Below are positions 29,278 to 39,101 of a DNA stretch of 64,000 nt, piece after piece. Source of the stretch: an uncultured Nitrospiraceae bacterium (GTDB lineage Bacteria > Nitrospirota > Nitrospiria > Nitrospirales > Nitrospiraceae); contig CAVPLT010000001.1 in the NCBI GenBank assembly GCA_963706325.1, positions 32,001 to 96,000 of the forward strand, read 5' to 3'. The translations under genes were made by a program, and so were the position numbers. The notes under the pieces were generated by a model. The model was given only the letters and a program-made list of their open reading frames with translations. It searched no databases and was not told the origin of the DNA. The first letter of the stretch is position 1, and every line of letters starts with the position of its first letter.

Positions 29278-30211
29278 TCAGCGACCCACCTGCCGCAGAA
29301 GTTTCGGATCGACAGCCGAAAGCTGACGACCGCTCTCGCCCGATTCTGCGCAGCGAAATCCGATCAGGTAACTCCAATGATCCAATCCCCCTGAATTGCG
29401 CCCCGCTGAACGGGCGACTTCTGGATCTTCATTCCACGAGCCTCCGCGAAACACTTTGTCCTGCCCCGACGCGGGCCCCTGCGGATTGCGATTGTCTTCG
29501 CGCCGGTAATATTCCGGATCGAACCAATCCGAAACCCATTCACTCACATTGCCTGCCAGCTGATACACTCCGTACGGGCTCACGCCCTGATCGTACCGAT
29601 CCACGTTGGCCAGCGGGGGATACTTCGCTCCGCGCTTGGATCCCGGGTGGGCGATATTACTTTTGATCCACCCAGCTGGTTCGTTCCCCCAGGGAAACAT
29701 CCGGCCATCCTGACCGCGCGCCGCCTTTTCCCACTCCGCTTCAGTCGGCAGACGAGCCCCTCGCCATCGGCAATAGGCGTCGGCCTCCCGCCAGGACACG
29801 CCGATCACGGGGTGTTTCGCCATCTTGTCCGCAAACGGTTGCCCCCGCCAATACCGCGGCCAAGCCGCCCTCGTCGCCAATACATACCGCAGATAATTCG
29901 ACATTGCTGACCTCGAACCGGTCGATGCTGAACGCATCGACATAGACTTCGCGTTGCGGCTGCTCCTGGGGCCCGGCCGCTCGATCCATCCGAGGATCGC
30001 TTCCCATGAGAAACGTGCCTTCCGAAATCGGTATCATGCCCCCGGGTACTTCCGTCAACGCGAGCCGTTCCGCCTCGTCCAGCGGAAACCACAGGGGCGG
30101 TGGCTTCGGAAGATCATGGTCTGCATACCCCGGCGCCACGACGCCCAGGATCAGCCCCATCGCGAGGCCCGCTACCCACGCCGGGATTGAAACCGTACTC
30201 AATGTGTTCAT
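29278..30211 (-). pseudogene. Second FGE-sulfatase domain protein, split by a +1 frameshift near 29895 (pseudogene or sequencing error)
   Basis: ORF 29741-30211 gives the signal and GTFLMGS...FEVSNVE; ORF 29278-29943 continues YLRYV...[14 protein letters not shown]...GFRCA; the DNA reads GAA-T-TAT-CTG. Confidence 0.85.
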
Positions 30212-30270
30212 GCCTCATTGCCGGTCCCGTCGATCCCACGGATCGATGTCCGACCTCATCACCGGCTCAG

Positions 30271-31203
30271 TCAGTGCTGTTGCTTTTGAATCATCGGATC
30301 GATTTCTCGCTGCGTTTCTTCGGACACGTTGTAACGCACGTACGGATGATCCATCACTTCGTTGGCATAGAGCCGCCCGGTCGGGGCCGGGACCACGATA
30401 TGTGCCTCCACGCTTCCCTTCGGTTGGATGGTGACGGTTTGCTCTATGGCGCTACGAATATAGGGATGCCAGACGACCAGCTTATAGGTGCCCGGAGGGA
30501 CATTGGTCATGGTGAACCGGCCCTGTTCGTCCGTCTTGTCGAAGTACGGATTGGCGACAGCCAAGCCCCAGCTCTCCATGTAGGCGTGAAAGCCGCATTG
30601 CATGACGAAGACCCGGCGGCCCTTGCTGAGATTGACCAATTGCTTCATCGGCGGGCCGGCCATGTGCTTGTGGTACATCCCGGCATCGCTGCGATCCTTC
30701 AGGTTGCGCGGGTGCTGCGGATTCATCGGCAGCGGCACGTTGAACAACACGCGCGGACCCAATTGCGAGGTTTCATAGGCCTGAATGTCGTGCATGACGG
30801 GGTCCATGTTGACCACCGTCACCGTTTGATCGCTCCGCACAACAGTCGTGAACGGGACGAAGAGGCAGTCTTTCGCTTCGATGTGCGGCACGCTGCCGTC
30901 GGCGAAAGGTTTGCCTTTGTCGATCCCCTCCAGATAGACCACCACGTCGCGAAACTCGTCTGCCGGTCCGACCTGGAAGGGTTGCAGAATGCGCCAGCCT
31001 TGTCCATCAGAGATGCGCCCGCAATAATATTGATCCGGCAACGTCACAAGGTTGTAGCCTTTCGGCTTTGGAACCTTTCCCTCTAGCTTCACGGTACCCA
31101 TGAGGGTCCCACCCTCTGACACCGCGATTTCTTCATACGCCAAGGCCGGACTGCCCAAACAAGCAGCCATCAGCCCCATCACGATGATGTTTCTAATCGT
31201 CAT
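30271..31203 (-). CDS. Exported cupredoxin-like / carboxypeptidase-regulatory-like domain protein
   Basis: Signal peptide; DPVMHDIQ...QCGFHAYM (H/C/H/M type-1 Cu pattern); TDEQGRFTMTNVPPGTYKLVVWHP. Confidence 0.78.
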   Translation of the reverse strand: MTIRNIIVMGLMAACLGSPALAYEEIAVSEGGTLMGTVKLEGKVPKPKGYNLVTLPDQYYCGRISDGQGWRILQPFQVGPADEFRDVVVYLEGIDKGKPFADGSVPHIEAKDCLFVPFTTVVRSDQTVTVVNMDPVMHDIQAYETSQLGPRVLFNVPLPMNPQHPRNLKDRSDAGMYHKHMAGPPMKQLVNLSKGRRVFVMQCGFHAYMESWGLAVANPYFDKTDEQGRFTMTNVPPGTYKLVVWHPYIRSAIEQTVTIQPKGSVEAHIVVPAPTGRLYANEVMDHPYVRYNVSEETQREIDPMIQKQQH

Positions 31204-31228
31204 TCCTCCGGCCTCCTTCGTTCTCGTC

Positions 31229-31332
31229 TCTCGTGAAGCGTATCTCGCAAATAGGAACAGCTTCTTCGTGGCTCATGCTCAGACTGTCGATTAACCAACT
31301 ATCGTGCGCTTCACGAACGACGCTTCACGAGA
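31229..31332. repeat. REP-like inverted repeat TCTCGTGAAGCGT / ACGCTTCACGAGA
   Basis: 13-bp perfect IR with an extra internal CGCTTCACGA copy. Confidence 0.55.
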
Positions 31333-31348
31333 TACCGCTCAAAGACAA

Positions 31349-31383
31349 ATGGGGGAGCTGCGTCATACAGGCAGCTCCCCCAT
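31349..31383 (-). terminator. Hairpin / probable intrinsic terminator after the multicopper oxidase
   Basis: ATGGGGGAGCTGC-N9-GCAGCTCCCCCAT; minus-strand tail TTGTCTTT. Confidence 0.65.
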
Positions 31384-31409
31384 CCGCGGTTACGCCATGA
31401 CTCGCCCGG

Positions 31410-34400
31410 TTACTTCATGGCAGTTGGGATCGCCTGCGGTTCAGGCTGCACGTCGGCTTGACGTGCGCCCGATCCGTTTGCGCTGAGAGGCTGAATCCGC
31501 GAGTCGCCGACCGGCAACACACGCAGGTAGCCCCACTGTCCCGACTGCGTGTAGGGCAGCCGCGCATTCGACCACACGAAGTCTCCCACTTGACGATACG
31601 GTCCGCCCGCACCGCCTCGGATGAAGACATCGAGGATCTCAGACCCGGCATACTCCACCACGCTGATCATGTCGGCGCCCGGCATGTAGGGTTCGATCGG
31701 CCATTCGTGCCCTTCGACCCCGAACATTCCGTTCTGCTCGCTGTTCGCGCCGATGACGTGGATACGGATCGCATCCCCCGCATGCGCCTCGATCAACGGC
31801 GTCACGGGATCCTCGGGCTTGTCCACTTTGCACGGCTGGAAGATCTTGCCCAACGAACAGCCTTCTTCCTCACGGAACTTGTACGGTTCCGCGCGGTAGT
31901 TGACCGACGTCAGACCAGCCACGTTCTGCACATACGGCATGAACGCGGTGCCGATGATGTTGTCCTCGTCTTGGAAGAAGAGGGCCACGTCACGGTAGTT
32001 CCGCTTGCCGACGTTATCCGGCAGGCTGGCGTCGACAATGACGTCGGCCCGCCATGCGTTCTTCTGCGACACATCGGCACCGGTGACAGGATCACGATAC
32101 TGCGATCCTCTCGGCCCGACGACGATGGCGCCGTACAATCCGTTGCGCGGATTGACGACGATGTTGCCGCCATCCCACACCAGCGACGTCGTTTCCTTAT
32201 TGGAAGGATGCGCGTAGTAGGTGTAGGTGCGGCTCTCGCCTGGCGCCACGGTCTGGTCGCCGGGATTGTTGCCGACGTTCAAGCCCTGGCTGTCTTTCGG
32301 ATCGAAGGCCAGACCCGGCGCAAAGAACGATGCGCGGCTCGCCTTCATCTTGTTCTTCAGCTGGACCTTGAGACAGTCGCCCAAGTTGGCGCGCAGCGTG
32401 AGCGGATTCGGCATCACGTTGCTCGCTACCGTCGCGGCTTCTTCTTCCAGCGCGAAGATCTTGCCTTCCGGCATGGTCATTTCGATCTTCCGCTCGAAAT
32501 CCACCTCGATCACATCCGGCGCCTTCGGATTGAGCTTCATCGGGCGATCCAACGCCACCACGTTAAAGCTCTTTACCGGAGCATCGGACGGACAGACCGA
32601 ATTGGGAGTTGCAGGAATCCCCATGGGATTGGTTCCCTTGGGCAACGGCTTCAGATCCGCCACTTCCTTATCCAGCACGCGAACGATGCCCCATCCTCCT
32701 TCGGCGAAGTGTGATGTTCGACCGTTGAAGTGGATGTAGTCGCCCGGCATGCCTTGGAATCCACCCGCCTTGGAGACGAGGTCATACCGTTCGGCGATCC
32801 CGACGTGAATCGAGTTCTTCCGATTGGCATCGCCCGCATACCGTTCCGTGAGGAAGGTATGACCGGAGATCGTCCAGACGTGTGATTCGTTCATCAACTG
32901 ATGCAGCAGACGGAACACCATGGTGTCGCCCGTGTACGCGCGCAAGAGCGGCGTGCCCGGATCACCGTGGATCGCGCTGCTGAACAGCTTCGACGTATCC
33001 GGATTGTTCGACAAGCGTTGTGCAAACGGGGCCGCGCGGAAATTGAAACCGCTGCCGGTCGTATGCGTCCCGCCGTTGAGGTACTTGTTCGGCGCGTTCA
33101 GGATCTTTTCAGGCATCTGGAACGACACCGTCTTCCCCGCTTCCAACGCCACTTCGATCGGCTGCCCCGGAGGATTGCCGGCCTCGATGACATTGACGGT
33201 GTGCGGCACCGTGTCGTGGATGGAGACCATCAACTCACGGAAGCTGCCGCTGACGCCGGCGCCGATCGGCTCATTGCTGTGAATGTCCGCGATCGGCCCG
33301 CTATACACGAGCTTGCCGTTCTTCGGATCATGATAGGTGGATCCGAACGGCTCCACGATCGTCACGCCGAACCCGCCATGGGGCCAGGTCGTCGCGCCGA
33401 ACGCGTGGTCATGCCAGAATACTGTCCCCATATCCACGTCGACCCACCACCGGTACCGCACGAACTCCGGCGATACGAGGTCGCTTGCCGGGTGATTCTG
33501 CTTCAGTGGCTTGAAGAACGTGACCAGATCGCCCTTGATCTCCTTAATGCGGGCGACTTCCTGGCAGCTCTTATCGCGCGGCAGTGAGGCCGTCGCGTCG
33601 TGCCCCTTCTCCAAACAATCCATGCCGACCATCACTTCAGTATTGACATGGAACGGCGAGGCGCCCGGAGCCATCACAATCTTCATGGCTGAGGTTCCTG
33701 CCTTCACGCCCTCTTTCAGCTTTCCGACCATCGGCGCCGGCAATCCATGCTTGGTTTTCTTTCCCCACATGGTGAACGGCCGGACCGACATTTCATACTC
33801 GAACCCGGAGATCACTCCATCCGAATTCCCAGTATCAAACTGGAAGAAGTGGGGATGGATGTTGATCTTGGACGACTGGAAATTCGTGTAATCGTCGTCG
33901 TCCCATTCACTGGTCAGCAACACATCGACGCAGTCATACACGTTGGCGCGGATGACGGCGGGAAGCTTCAAATCGTCATTGGCTCTGGTCAATTGTTCTT
34001 CTTCGTGAAGCACATAGATCAGACCGTCCTTGTCCACCATGGCCGGCTCTTTGCCCTGCTTCTTGGCCAGGGTAATCGGCATGCGGACAAAGTGAATGTT
34101 GTAATGCTTCCGGTTGGCATTGTCAGGGCAGAGACTCCATCGACCCTGTTCGCCCGGCAACGCCGGCTCGGAGGTCCGCTCACCATTTGCATCCTGGTGA
34201 ATCGGCTCTAACCATGGGGCGCCGCTGTGATTGGCTGAGAAGGGCACACGTTTGCCGAAGTGCGGCTTGAACAGCGGCCAGGCCATTTTGCCCGTCGTCG
34301 GGTCAAACAGAATGGCCGGTCTGGTGCTGTCATCCCACTTCGCCGCCCAAGTATACTTTGGATTCTGCGCGGTGCTTTCCCGCTCGCCACGAGCAATGTT

Positions 34401-36350
34401 GCCGTCCCACTTCCAGTCCCACACGGTCGAATCGTAGGACAGGATCTGGCCCTTCTCATCGTTTGTGTGACCGGGCTGGCCCTGTGCCGGCACAAACATC
34501 TCGACCCAGTCCTTGATGCTCACGATCACCGGATCAGATTTCCAGTTGGTCTTCTGTCCCTTGTCGACGATCTTGAACGTCTTGCCGAACCAGTCGACCG
34601 TAGTGCCGATCAACTTATCGGACGAGACACCCAGCTTCATCCGGCCCTTCCGGTCCGGCAATTCCGCCAAGTCCGGCATGGTGTCGGTGTGAGCCGCGCC
34701 GACTTGCAACGTGTTGTAGAAGCGGCCGTATCCCCACATGCCCGCGACGTAGTGGTGCGCCACGTGGCAGTGATATAGAAACTCACCCGCCAAATGTTGG
34801 CAGCCACCGCCGCCACATTCAGGTTCCAGGTCAAGCGCTTCCGACGGACCGATCACTTCGACGTCGACGCGATCGGACTTGGTCCGCACGACCGGATACT
34901 TGACCGGCCCATCTTGACCCATGGCCCAGAGGTTATTCGTCTCCGTGCCTGGGCTTCGTTGCCAACGAATGGTGCCGCTGTGCGGATGGTGGGAGTGAAA
35001 CACTTCCGATCCGCCATGGACCAATCGCCACTTGACCGGATCGCCCAAATACCCGCGGGCAATCGTGGTCGGCGTATCGCCGAACGTATAGGCGCTATAG
35101 GCCATCGATTCGTCTTCGAAGCCGAAATACTCGTGCTGCAGATGCATCTGATCGATCCCGAACGGCTCGCTGCGATAGTTGATCGCACGGCCACCCGGAC
35201 GATAGGCATCGGTCAACGGATCGCGCTGCGGCAAGAAGTCGCCCTTCTTGTTCAGCGGACGGAAGGCTTCATCGCCTATTTCGTGATAGAACAACACGAA
35301 TTCGCGGAAGTCCGGTCCGGACCCATTATCGATATTCACCTGCCACCCACTCGTGACATCTTTGTCGGGACCAGTCCCTAACGAACCGACGTACTTCGAT
35401 CCCCTCGGCTCCACGATAAAGGCGCCGAACAGACCCAGCACGGTCAACTCGCGGTCATGGCTGTACGAATGGAACTGGCGCACCCCCTCCTGCATGTGCG
35501 GATGGATGTACCATTCGAACTCCTGCTCTTTACCCGGCGCCACGATGGACTCGGGGTTCGTGGTGGTCGCCGGCTTGCCGGTCGCACTCACGATCATGCT
35601 GGAGGCCTGGATGAACAAGCTGCCATCCTCGCCCTCCATCTGGTTGCGAAGGGTCATCTTCACACAATCACCCTGGTTGGCACGCATGACCAGCGGCTGA
35701 ATCATGTCACCCTGCAACCCGGTCGTCACGGCGCCGGGATCGAACCCGTCTTTGTCACGGGCCGTCTTGTTCTTTTCTTCTTCGGCCCGCACCTTGCTGA
35801 GATCCGGCGTCAGCACATACATGTACCCCGGATAGAAGTCGAGCCAGCGATTCAACGTGATTTCGATATTGATCATCGACACGTCATACTGCTTGACCGG
35901 CGCATTGGCAGGGCATTTCCCACCCGAACTCATGACCGGCTCGCCCTTTGACGCATCGCTCGCCAAAAGGAAGCTGCTTCCATCCTGCCCCATGTACTGG
36001 TGCATCATGGACATTTCATTAAATGCGCCGGATGTCTGTTGCGCCTGCGCATCCTTCTGCGCCTGCCGTTCCAGCTTTTCCATCAAACGATGGTGCTGCA
36101 TCTCCATCTTTTCCGCGTTTCCCGCGCGGCCCTCGATGGCGTTTTCCAGCACCGTCTGTCCCTTCAAGGTTTGGGTCCACCCTGGCATCGCAACAGGCGC
36201 GGCATGCCCATCATGCGACTGATCGCCTGGTCCCGCCGCAAACACCCACGGCGCTGCGAGCAAGCTGCCCGACAGCATCGCCGCCTGCAGGCTACGCATC
36301 GCATCACGACGCAGACGCTGGCGTTGTGACACCTGTCCTGAAGACCTCAT
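31410..36350 (-). CDS. Giant (~1646 aa) multicopper oxidase, MnxG-like
   Basis: HSYSH, HSHHPH, HCHVAHHYVAGM, HPH, FWHDH; several cupredoxin domains; Arg-rich signal; ATG 36350 with GGAGG RBS (ORF open to 36518). Confidence 0.88.
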   Translation of the reverse strand: MRSSGQVSQRQRLRRDAMRSLQAAMLSGSLLAAPWVFAAGPGDQSHDGHAAPVAMPGWTQTLKGQTVLENAIEGRAGNAEKMEMQHHRLMEKLERQAQKDAQAQQTSGAFNEMSMMHQYMGQDGSSFLLASDASKGEPVMSSGGKCPANAPVKQYDVSMINIEITLNRWLDFYPGYMYVLTPDLSKVRAEEEKNKTARDKDGFDPGAVTTGLQGDMIQPLVMRANQGDCVKMTLRNQMEGEDGSLFIQASSMIVSATGKPATTTNPESIVAPGKEQEFEWYIHPHMQEGVRQFHSYSHDRELTVLGLFGAFIVEPRGSKYVGSLGTGPDKDVTSGWQVNIDNGSGPDFREFVLFYHEIGDEAFRPLNKKGDFLPQRDPLTDAYRPGGRAINYRSEPFGIDQMHLQHEYFGFEDESMAYSAYTFGDTPTTIARGYLGDPVKWRLVHGGSEVFHSHHPHSGTIRWQRSPGTETNNLWAMGQDGPVKYPVVRTKSDRVDVEVIGPSEALDLEPECGGGGCQHLAGEFLYHCHVAHHYVAGMWGYGRFYNTLQVGAAHTDTMPDLAELPDRKGRMKLGVSSDKLIGTTVDWFGKTFKIVDKGQKTNWKSDPVIVSIKDWVEMFVPAQGQPGHTNDEKGQILSYDSTVWDWKWDGNIARGERESTAQNPKYTWAAKWDDSTRPAILFDPTTGKMAWPLFKPHFGKRVPFSANHSGAPWLEPIHQDANGERTSEPALPGEQGRWSLCPDNANRKHYNIHFVRMPITLAKKQGKEPAMVDKDGLIYVLHEEEQLTRANDDLKLPAVIRANVYDCVDVLLTSEWDDDDYTNFQSSKINIHPHFFQFDTGNSDGVISGFEYEMSVRPFTMWGKKTKHGLPAPMVGKLKEGVKAGTSAMKIVMAPGASPFHVNTEVMVGMDCLEKGHDATASLPRDKSCQEVARIKEIKGDLVTFFKPLKQNHPASDLVSPEFVRYRWWVDVDMGTVFWHDHAFGATTWPHGGFGVTIVEPFGSTYHDPKNGKLVYSGPIADIHSNEPIGAGVSGSFRELMVSIHDTVPHTVNVIEAGNPPGQPIEVALEAGKTVSFQMPEKILNAPNKYLNGGTHTTGSGFNFRAAPFAQRLSNNPDTSKLFSSAIHGDPGTPLLRAYTGDTMVFRLLHQLMNESHVWTISGHTFLTERYAGDANRKNSIHVGIAERYDLVSKAGGFQGMPGDYIHFNGRTSHFAEGGWGIVRVLDKEVADLKPLPKGTNPMGIPATPNSVCPSDAPVKSFNVVALDRPMKLNPKAPDVIEVDFERKIEMTMPEGKIFALEEEAATVASNVMPNPLTLRANLGDCLKVQLKNKMKASRASFFAPGLAFDPKDSQGLNVGNNPGDQTVAPGESRTYTYYAHPSNKETTSLVWDGGNIVVNPRNGLYGAIVVGPRGSQYRDPVTGADVSQKNAWRADVIVDASLPDNVGKRNYRDVALFFQDEDNIIGTAFMPYVQNVAGLTSVNYRAEPYKFREEEGCSLGKIFQPCKVDKPEDPVTPLIEAHAGDAIRIHVIGANSEQNGMFGVEGHEWPIEPYMPGADMISVVEYAGSEILDVFIRGGAGGPYRQVGDFVWSNARLPYTQSGQWGYLRVLPVGDSRIQPLSANGSGARQADVQPEPQAIPTAMK

Positions 36351-36588
36351 AGTTCGGCCTCCCTCCTTCATAAAATCCCCGCGCCCTTTCGCGGGAGTGG
36401 TTAAAAAGCGTGGTCGTGTAACCGGCCCCCTAGGCTTGACCCCGGCTGCTCCGGCCTCTCCTGTCCCCTTCCACGAAACGCTCCAAAAGGAAAAAGGGCT
36501 GGTGAAGGGTGTCCTCAAGGGACGAGGGAGCAGGTCATTCGGAGGCCGGTCCTAATCACCCGCACCTTCACCAGCGCCTTCCTGAATG

Positions 36589-36604
36589 GCAATAGGTGTG
36601 CCCA
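36589..36604 (-). promoter_or_regulatory. sigma54 (-24/-12) promoter of the multicopper oxidase operon
   Basis: TGGGCAC-ACCTA-TTGC on the minus strand. Confidence 0.75.
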
Positions 36605-36901
36605 GCTTATGGAAGCCAGCAATCGGAGCATTCATTCATGTTGTCAACTGATTGAGAGCATCAATGAAAAGTCAGAGAGGGGAAGGAGAGGCTGCGGAAT
36701 TCCACGCAAGTAGACAGCGATCCAACGCGCTCAAACTATGTCGTTTAAGGACACGTACTTACGCTGTCCAATCGGGTAGACAGTACGCACGCATGTCTGC
36801 GGCAAGAAGGGACAGCGAATAAAAGGAACAACCTAGTGATTCTGAGGACGGCAGCGAAACTGAGGATGAGGAGAGTTGGAAGAGAGCGGTTTGATTCGGG
36901 A

Positions 36902-38305
36902 TTACTGTATACCGAAGTCGCGCAGCTTGTTATACAGAGTGGCGCGGCTGATCTTGAGCAGACGGGCCGCCTTCACCCGATTCCCTGACACCTGCTGGAG
37001 CGCCTCGACGATACGAGCCTGCTCAGCCTGCCGAGTGGCGCCACGCGCCACCGTCCGAAGGTCGACACCCTCGGTGGCGGATTCCGACACCACGAGGTCC
37101 GTACAGGTGAGTTCCGCATGGGGGGCCGTCACGACCGCTCGCTCGATGTAATGCTGAAGCTGGCGCACGTTTCCGGGCCAAGGTGCGGCGGTCAACGCCA
37201 GCATCGCCTCATCACTCACCTGTCGAAGGTTTTGGCAGTGTCGCTCACAGGCAGCGGCGATAAACTGTGAGGCCAACAAAGGAATATCCCCTCTTCGTTC
37301 ACGCAGGGGGGGCAATGAAATCGGCAGGACGGCCAAGCGGTAGTAGAGGTCCTGGCGAAAGGCTTTCGTCTTCACGAGGTCGGTCAAATCCTTGTTGGTG
37401 GCGGAAATGACGCGGACATCAATCTTGATGGGCTGCGTGCCGCCGACCCGTTTAATCTCCCCTTCTTGCAGCACCCGCAAAAGCTTGGCCTGAAACGCCG
37501 GAGAGGTATCGGCGATCTCATCCAGGAAAACGGTGCCCCCGTCCGCTTCTTCGAAGAGTCCGGGCTTCGCCATCGAGGCGCCGGTAAAGGCCCCTTTGAC
37601 ATGGCCGAACAATTCGCTTTCCAGCAAGGTTTCAGGCAGCGCTCCGCAATCCACCACGACAAACGGTTTCTCACGGCGATAGCTGGTCTGATGAATCGTT
37701 CGGGCGACCAGTTCCTTTCCTGTCCCGCTCTCTCCTTGAATCAGCACGGTCGCCGGACTGTCGGCCACCAACCGAATCATCTCGAATAGCTGATGCATGA
37801 CCGGGCTCGCACCGATGAGATCCCCTAATCGAGAGTCGGTTCGCTCTGGGCGCAAGTGGCCACGCTTCTTCGGCGGCGATGTCTCGGCAATGCCCGGCTT
37901 CTCAGATGGTTTATGAAACAGGACCAGAACCGACCCGACGTCACCCGAAGCTGACAAGAGGGGGAACGCCTGGTGCATTCCGCAGGCAGTACCATCCCCC
38001 GAAGTGGCACAGGAGACTGTCCTCACCTCCTGCGTCTCAAAGACGGTCGTCGCAGGGCACGTCCCGCAGGGGTCGGTCATGTTGAGAAAGGCTTCATAAC
38101 ACTTCGCGGGCTTCGATGCCGCAGGTTGCCCATTCGCGCCTTCCCAAGCGGAATCATTGGCGTAGACCACATTCTGGGCTCGATCCATGACGGCGACACG
38201 GTCAGTCAACCCGTTGGCCAGCTGCTTCAGAGCCTCCAGACGAGCCGCTAGAATGGGGTCAGTGAAGGGGTATATTGGCGGTAGCGGTGAGTGAGATCCG
38301 GCCAT
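36902..38305 (-). CDS. sigma54-dependent enhancer-binding protein with Cys-containing PAS-like input
   Basis: [30 protein letters not shown], Fis HTH; N-terminal KCYEAF...CGTCP. Confidence 0.92.
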   Translation of the reverse strand: MAGSHSPLPPIYPFTDPILAARLEALKQLANGLTDRVAVMDRAQNVVYANDSAWEGANGQPAASKPAKCYEAFLNMTDPCGTCPATTVFETQEVRTVSCATSGDGTACGMHQAFPLLSASGDVGSVLVLFHKPSEKPGIAETSPPKKRGHLRPERTDSRLGDLIGASPVMHQLFEMIRLVADSPATVLIQGESGTGKELVARTIHQTSYRREKPFVVVDCGALPETLLESELFGHVKGAFTGASMAKPGLFEEADGGTVFLDEIADTSPAFQAKLLRVLQEGEIKRVGGTQPIKIDVRVISATNKDLTDLVKTKAFRQDLYYRLAVLPISLPPLRERRGDIPLLASQFIAAACERHCQNLRQVSDEAMLALTAAPWPGNVRQLQHYIERAVVTAPHAELTCTDLVVSESATEGVDLRTVARGATRQAEQARIVEALQQVSGNRVKAARLLKISRATLYNKLRDFGIQ

Positions 38306-38437
38306 CTCATCACTCCTGATATCTATGGGACTCAAGAGGGCATTCCTACGACGCCCCTATTTGTACTCTGCGCATTGACTGAAAACAACCCTCTCCAGCA
38401 GGGGACTGGCCCTGACTCACCCGGACCACACGGGCAT

Positions 38438-38845
38438 TCAGCGCATGAGCGAGGCGCCCGGTGCTCCGGGCCGCTTCAGCAACTGCTTCACCGTCGCCTT
38501 CAGTTCCGAGAGGCGAACCGGTTTGTCGAAATACGCGGTCGCCCCACTCTTCATTGCTTCGTTTTTGGTCTGCGCATCGCCGAACGCCGTCATCACGATA
38601 ATCGGACAGGTTGGCGCGGAGATCCTCAGTCGGTGCACATATTCAAAGCCACCGGCCGGCATCTTTAAATCAGTGACGATGAGGTCAGGCGCCGCACGCA
38701 TAACCGCAGCCAACCCTTCTTCGCCGTTGCTGGCTTCCCGCAATTGATACCCCTCGCCCCACAACTCGTCACAGAGTAAACTCCGCATGTCTTTGTCGTC
38801 TTCTACGACCAACAACACGGCCGGGTCCCTCTTCTCTGCAATCAC
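38438..38845 (-). CDS. Single-domain response regulator
   Basis: VVEDD, TDLKMP, MTAFG, FDKP; GTG 38845 with GGAGGAG RBS (or ATG 38866). Confidence 0.88.
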   Translation of the reverse strand: MIAEKRDPAVLLVVEDDKDMRSLLCDELWGEGYQLREASNGEEGLAAVMRAAPDLIVTDLKMPAGGFEYVHRLRISAPTCPIIVMTAFGDAQTKNEAMKSGATAYFDKPVRLSELKATVKQLLKRPGAPGASLMR

Positions 38846-38891
38846 GCTGGCTCCTCCACGAAACATATCCCCTGGTTGACTCCCCTACCAC

Positions 38892-38906
38892 GCAAGGCAT
38901 GTGCCA
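38892..38906 (-). promoter_or_regulatory. sigma54 promoter upstream of the RR / enhancer-binding protein pair
   Basis: Perfect TGGCAC-ATGCC-TTGC on the minus strand. Confidence 0.8.
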
Positions 38907-39101
38907 TTCACACTCGTGTGGGCGCCGATCAACCCTCTGTATTTATTTGGAAAACGAGATTGGGGATCAAGAAAATCGAAGGCTTTGAATGACCCTCTGG
39001 CGAGAAAGACCCCAGGTTAGAAAAATCCCTGTCCCGAACCGCTACAGCAGTAAATGACCAGCATACAGCCGGGTGATCGCGGAACAGGATACGCGATTGG
39101 A

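Noticed and set aside
27920..32714. Long plus-strand ORFs (417, 328 and 418 aa) and similar antisense ORFs elsewhere
   Set aside because: Shadow frames of well-supported minus-strand genes in GC-rich DNA; no motifs
36351..36518. 56-aa N-terminal extension of the MCO in the ORF track
   Set aside because: ATG 36350 has a strong RBS and exposes the signal peptide; the extension looks like leader RNA
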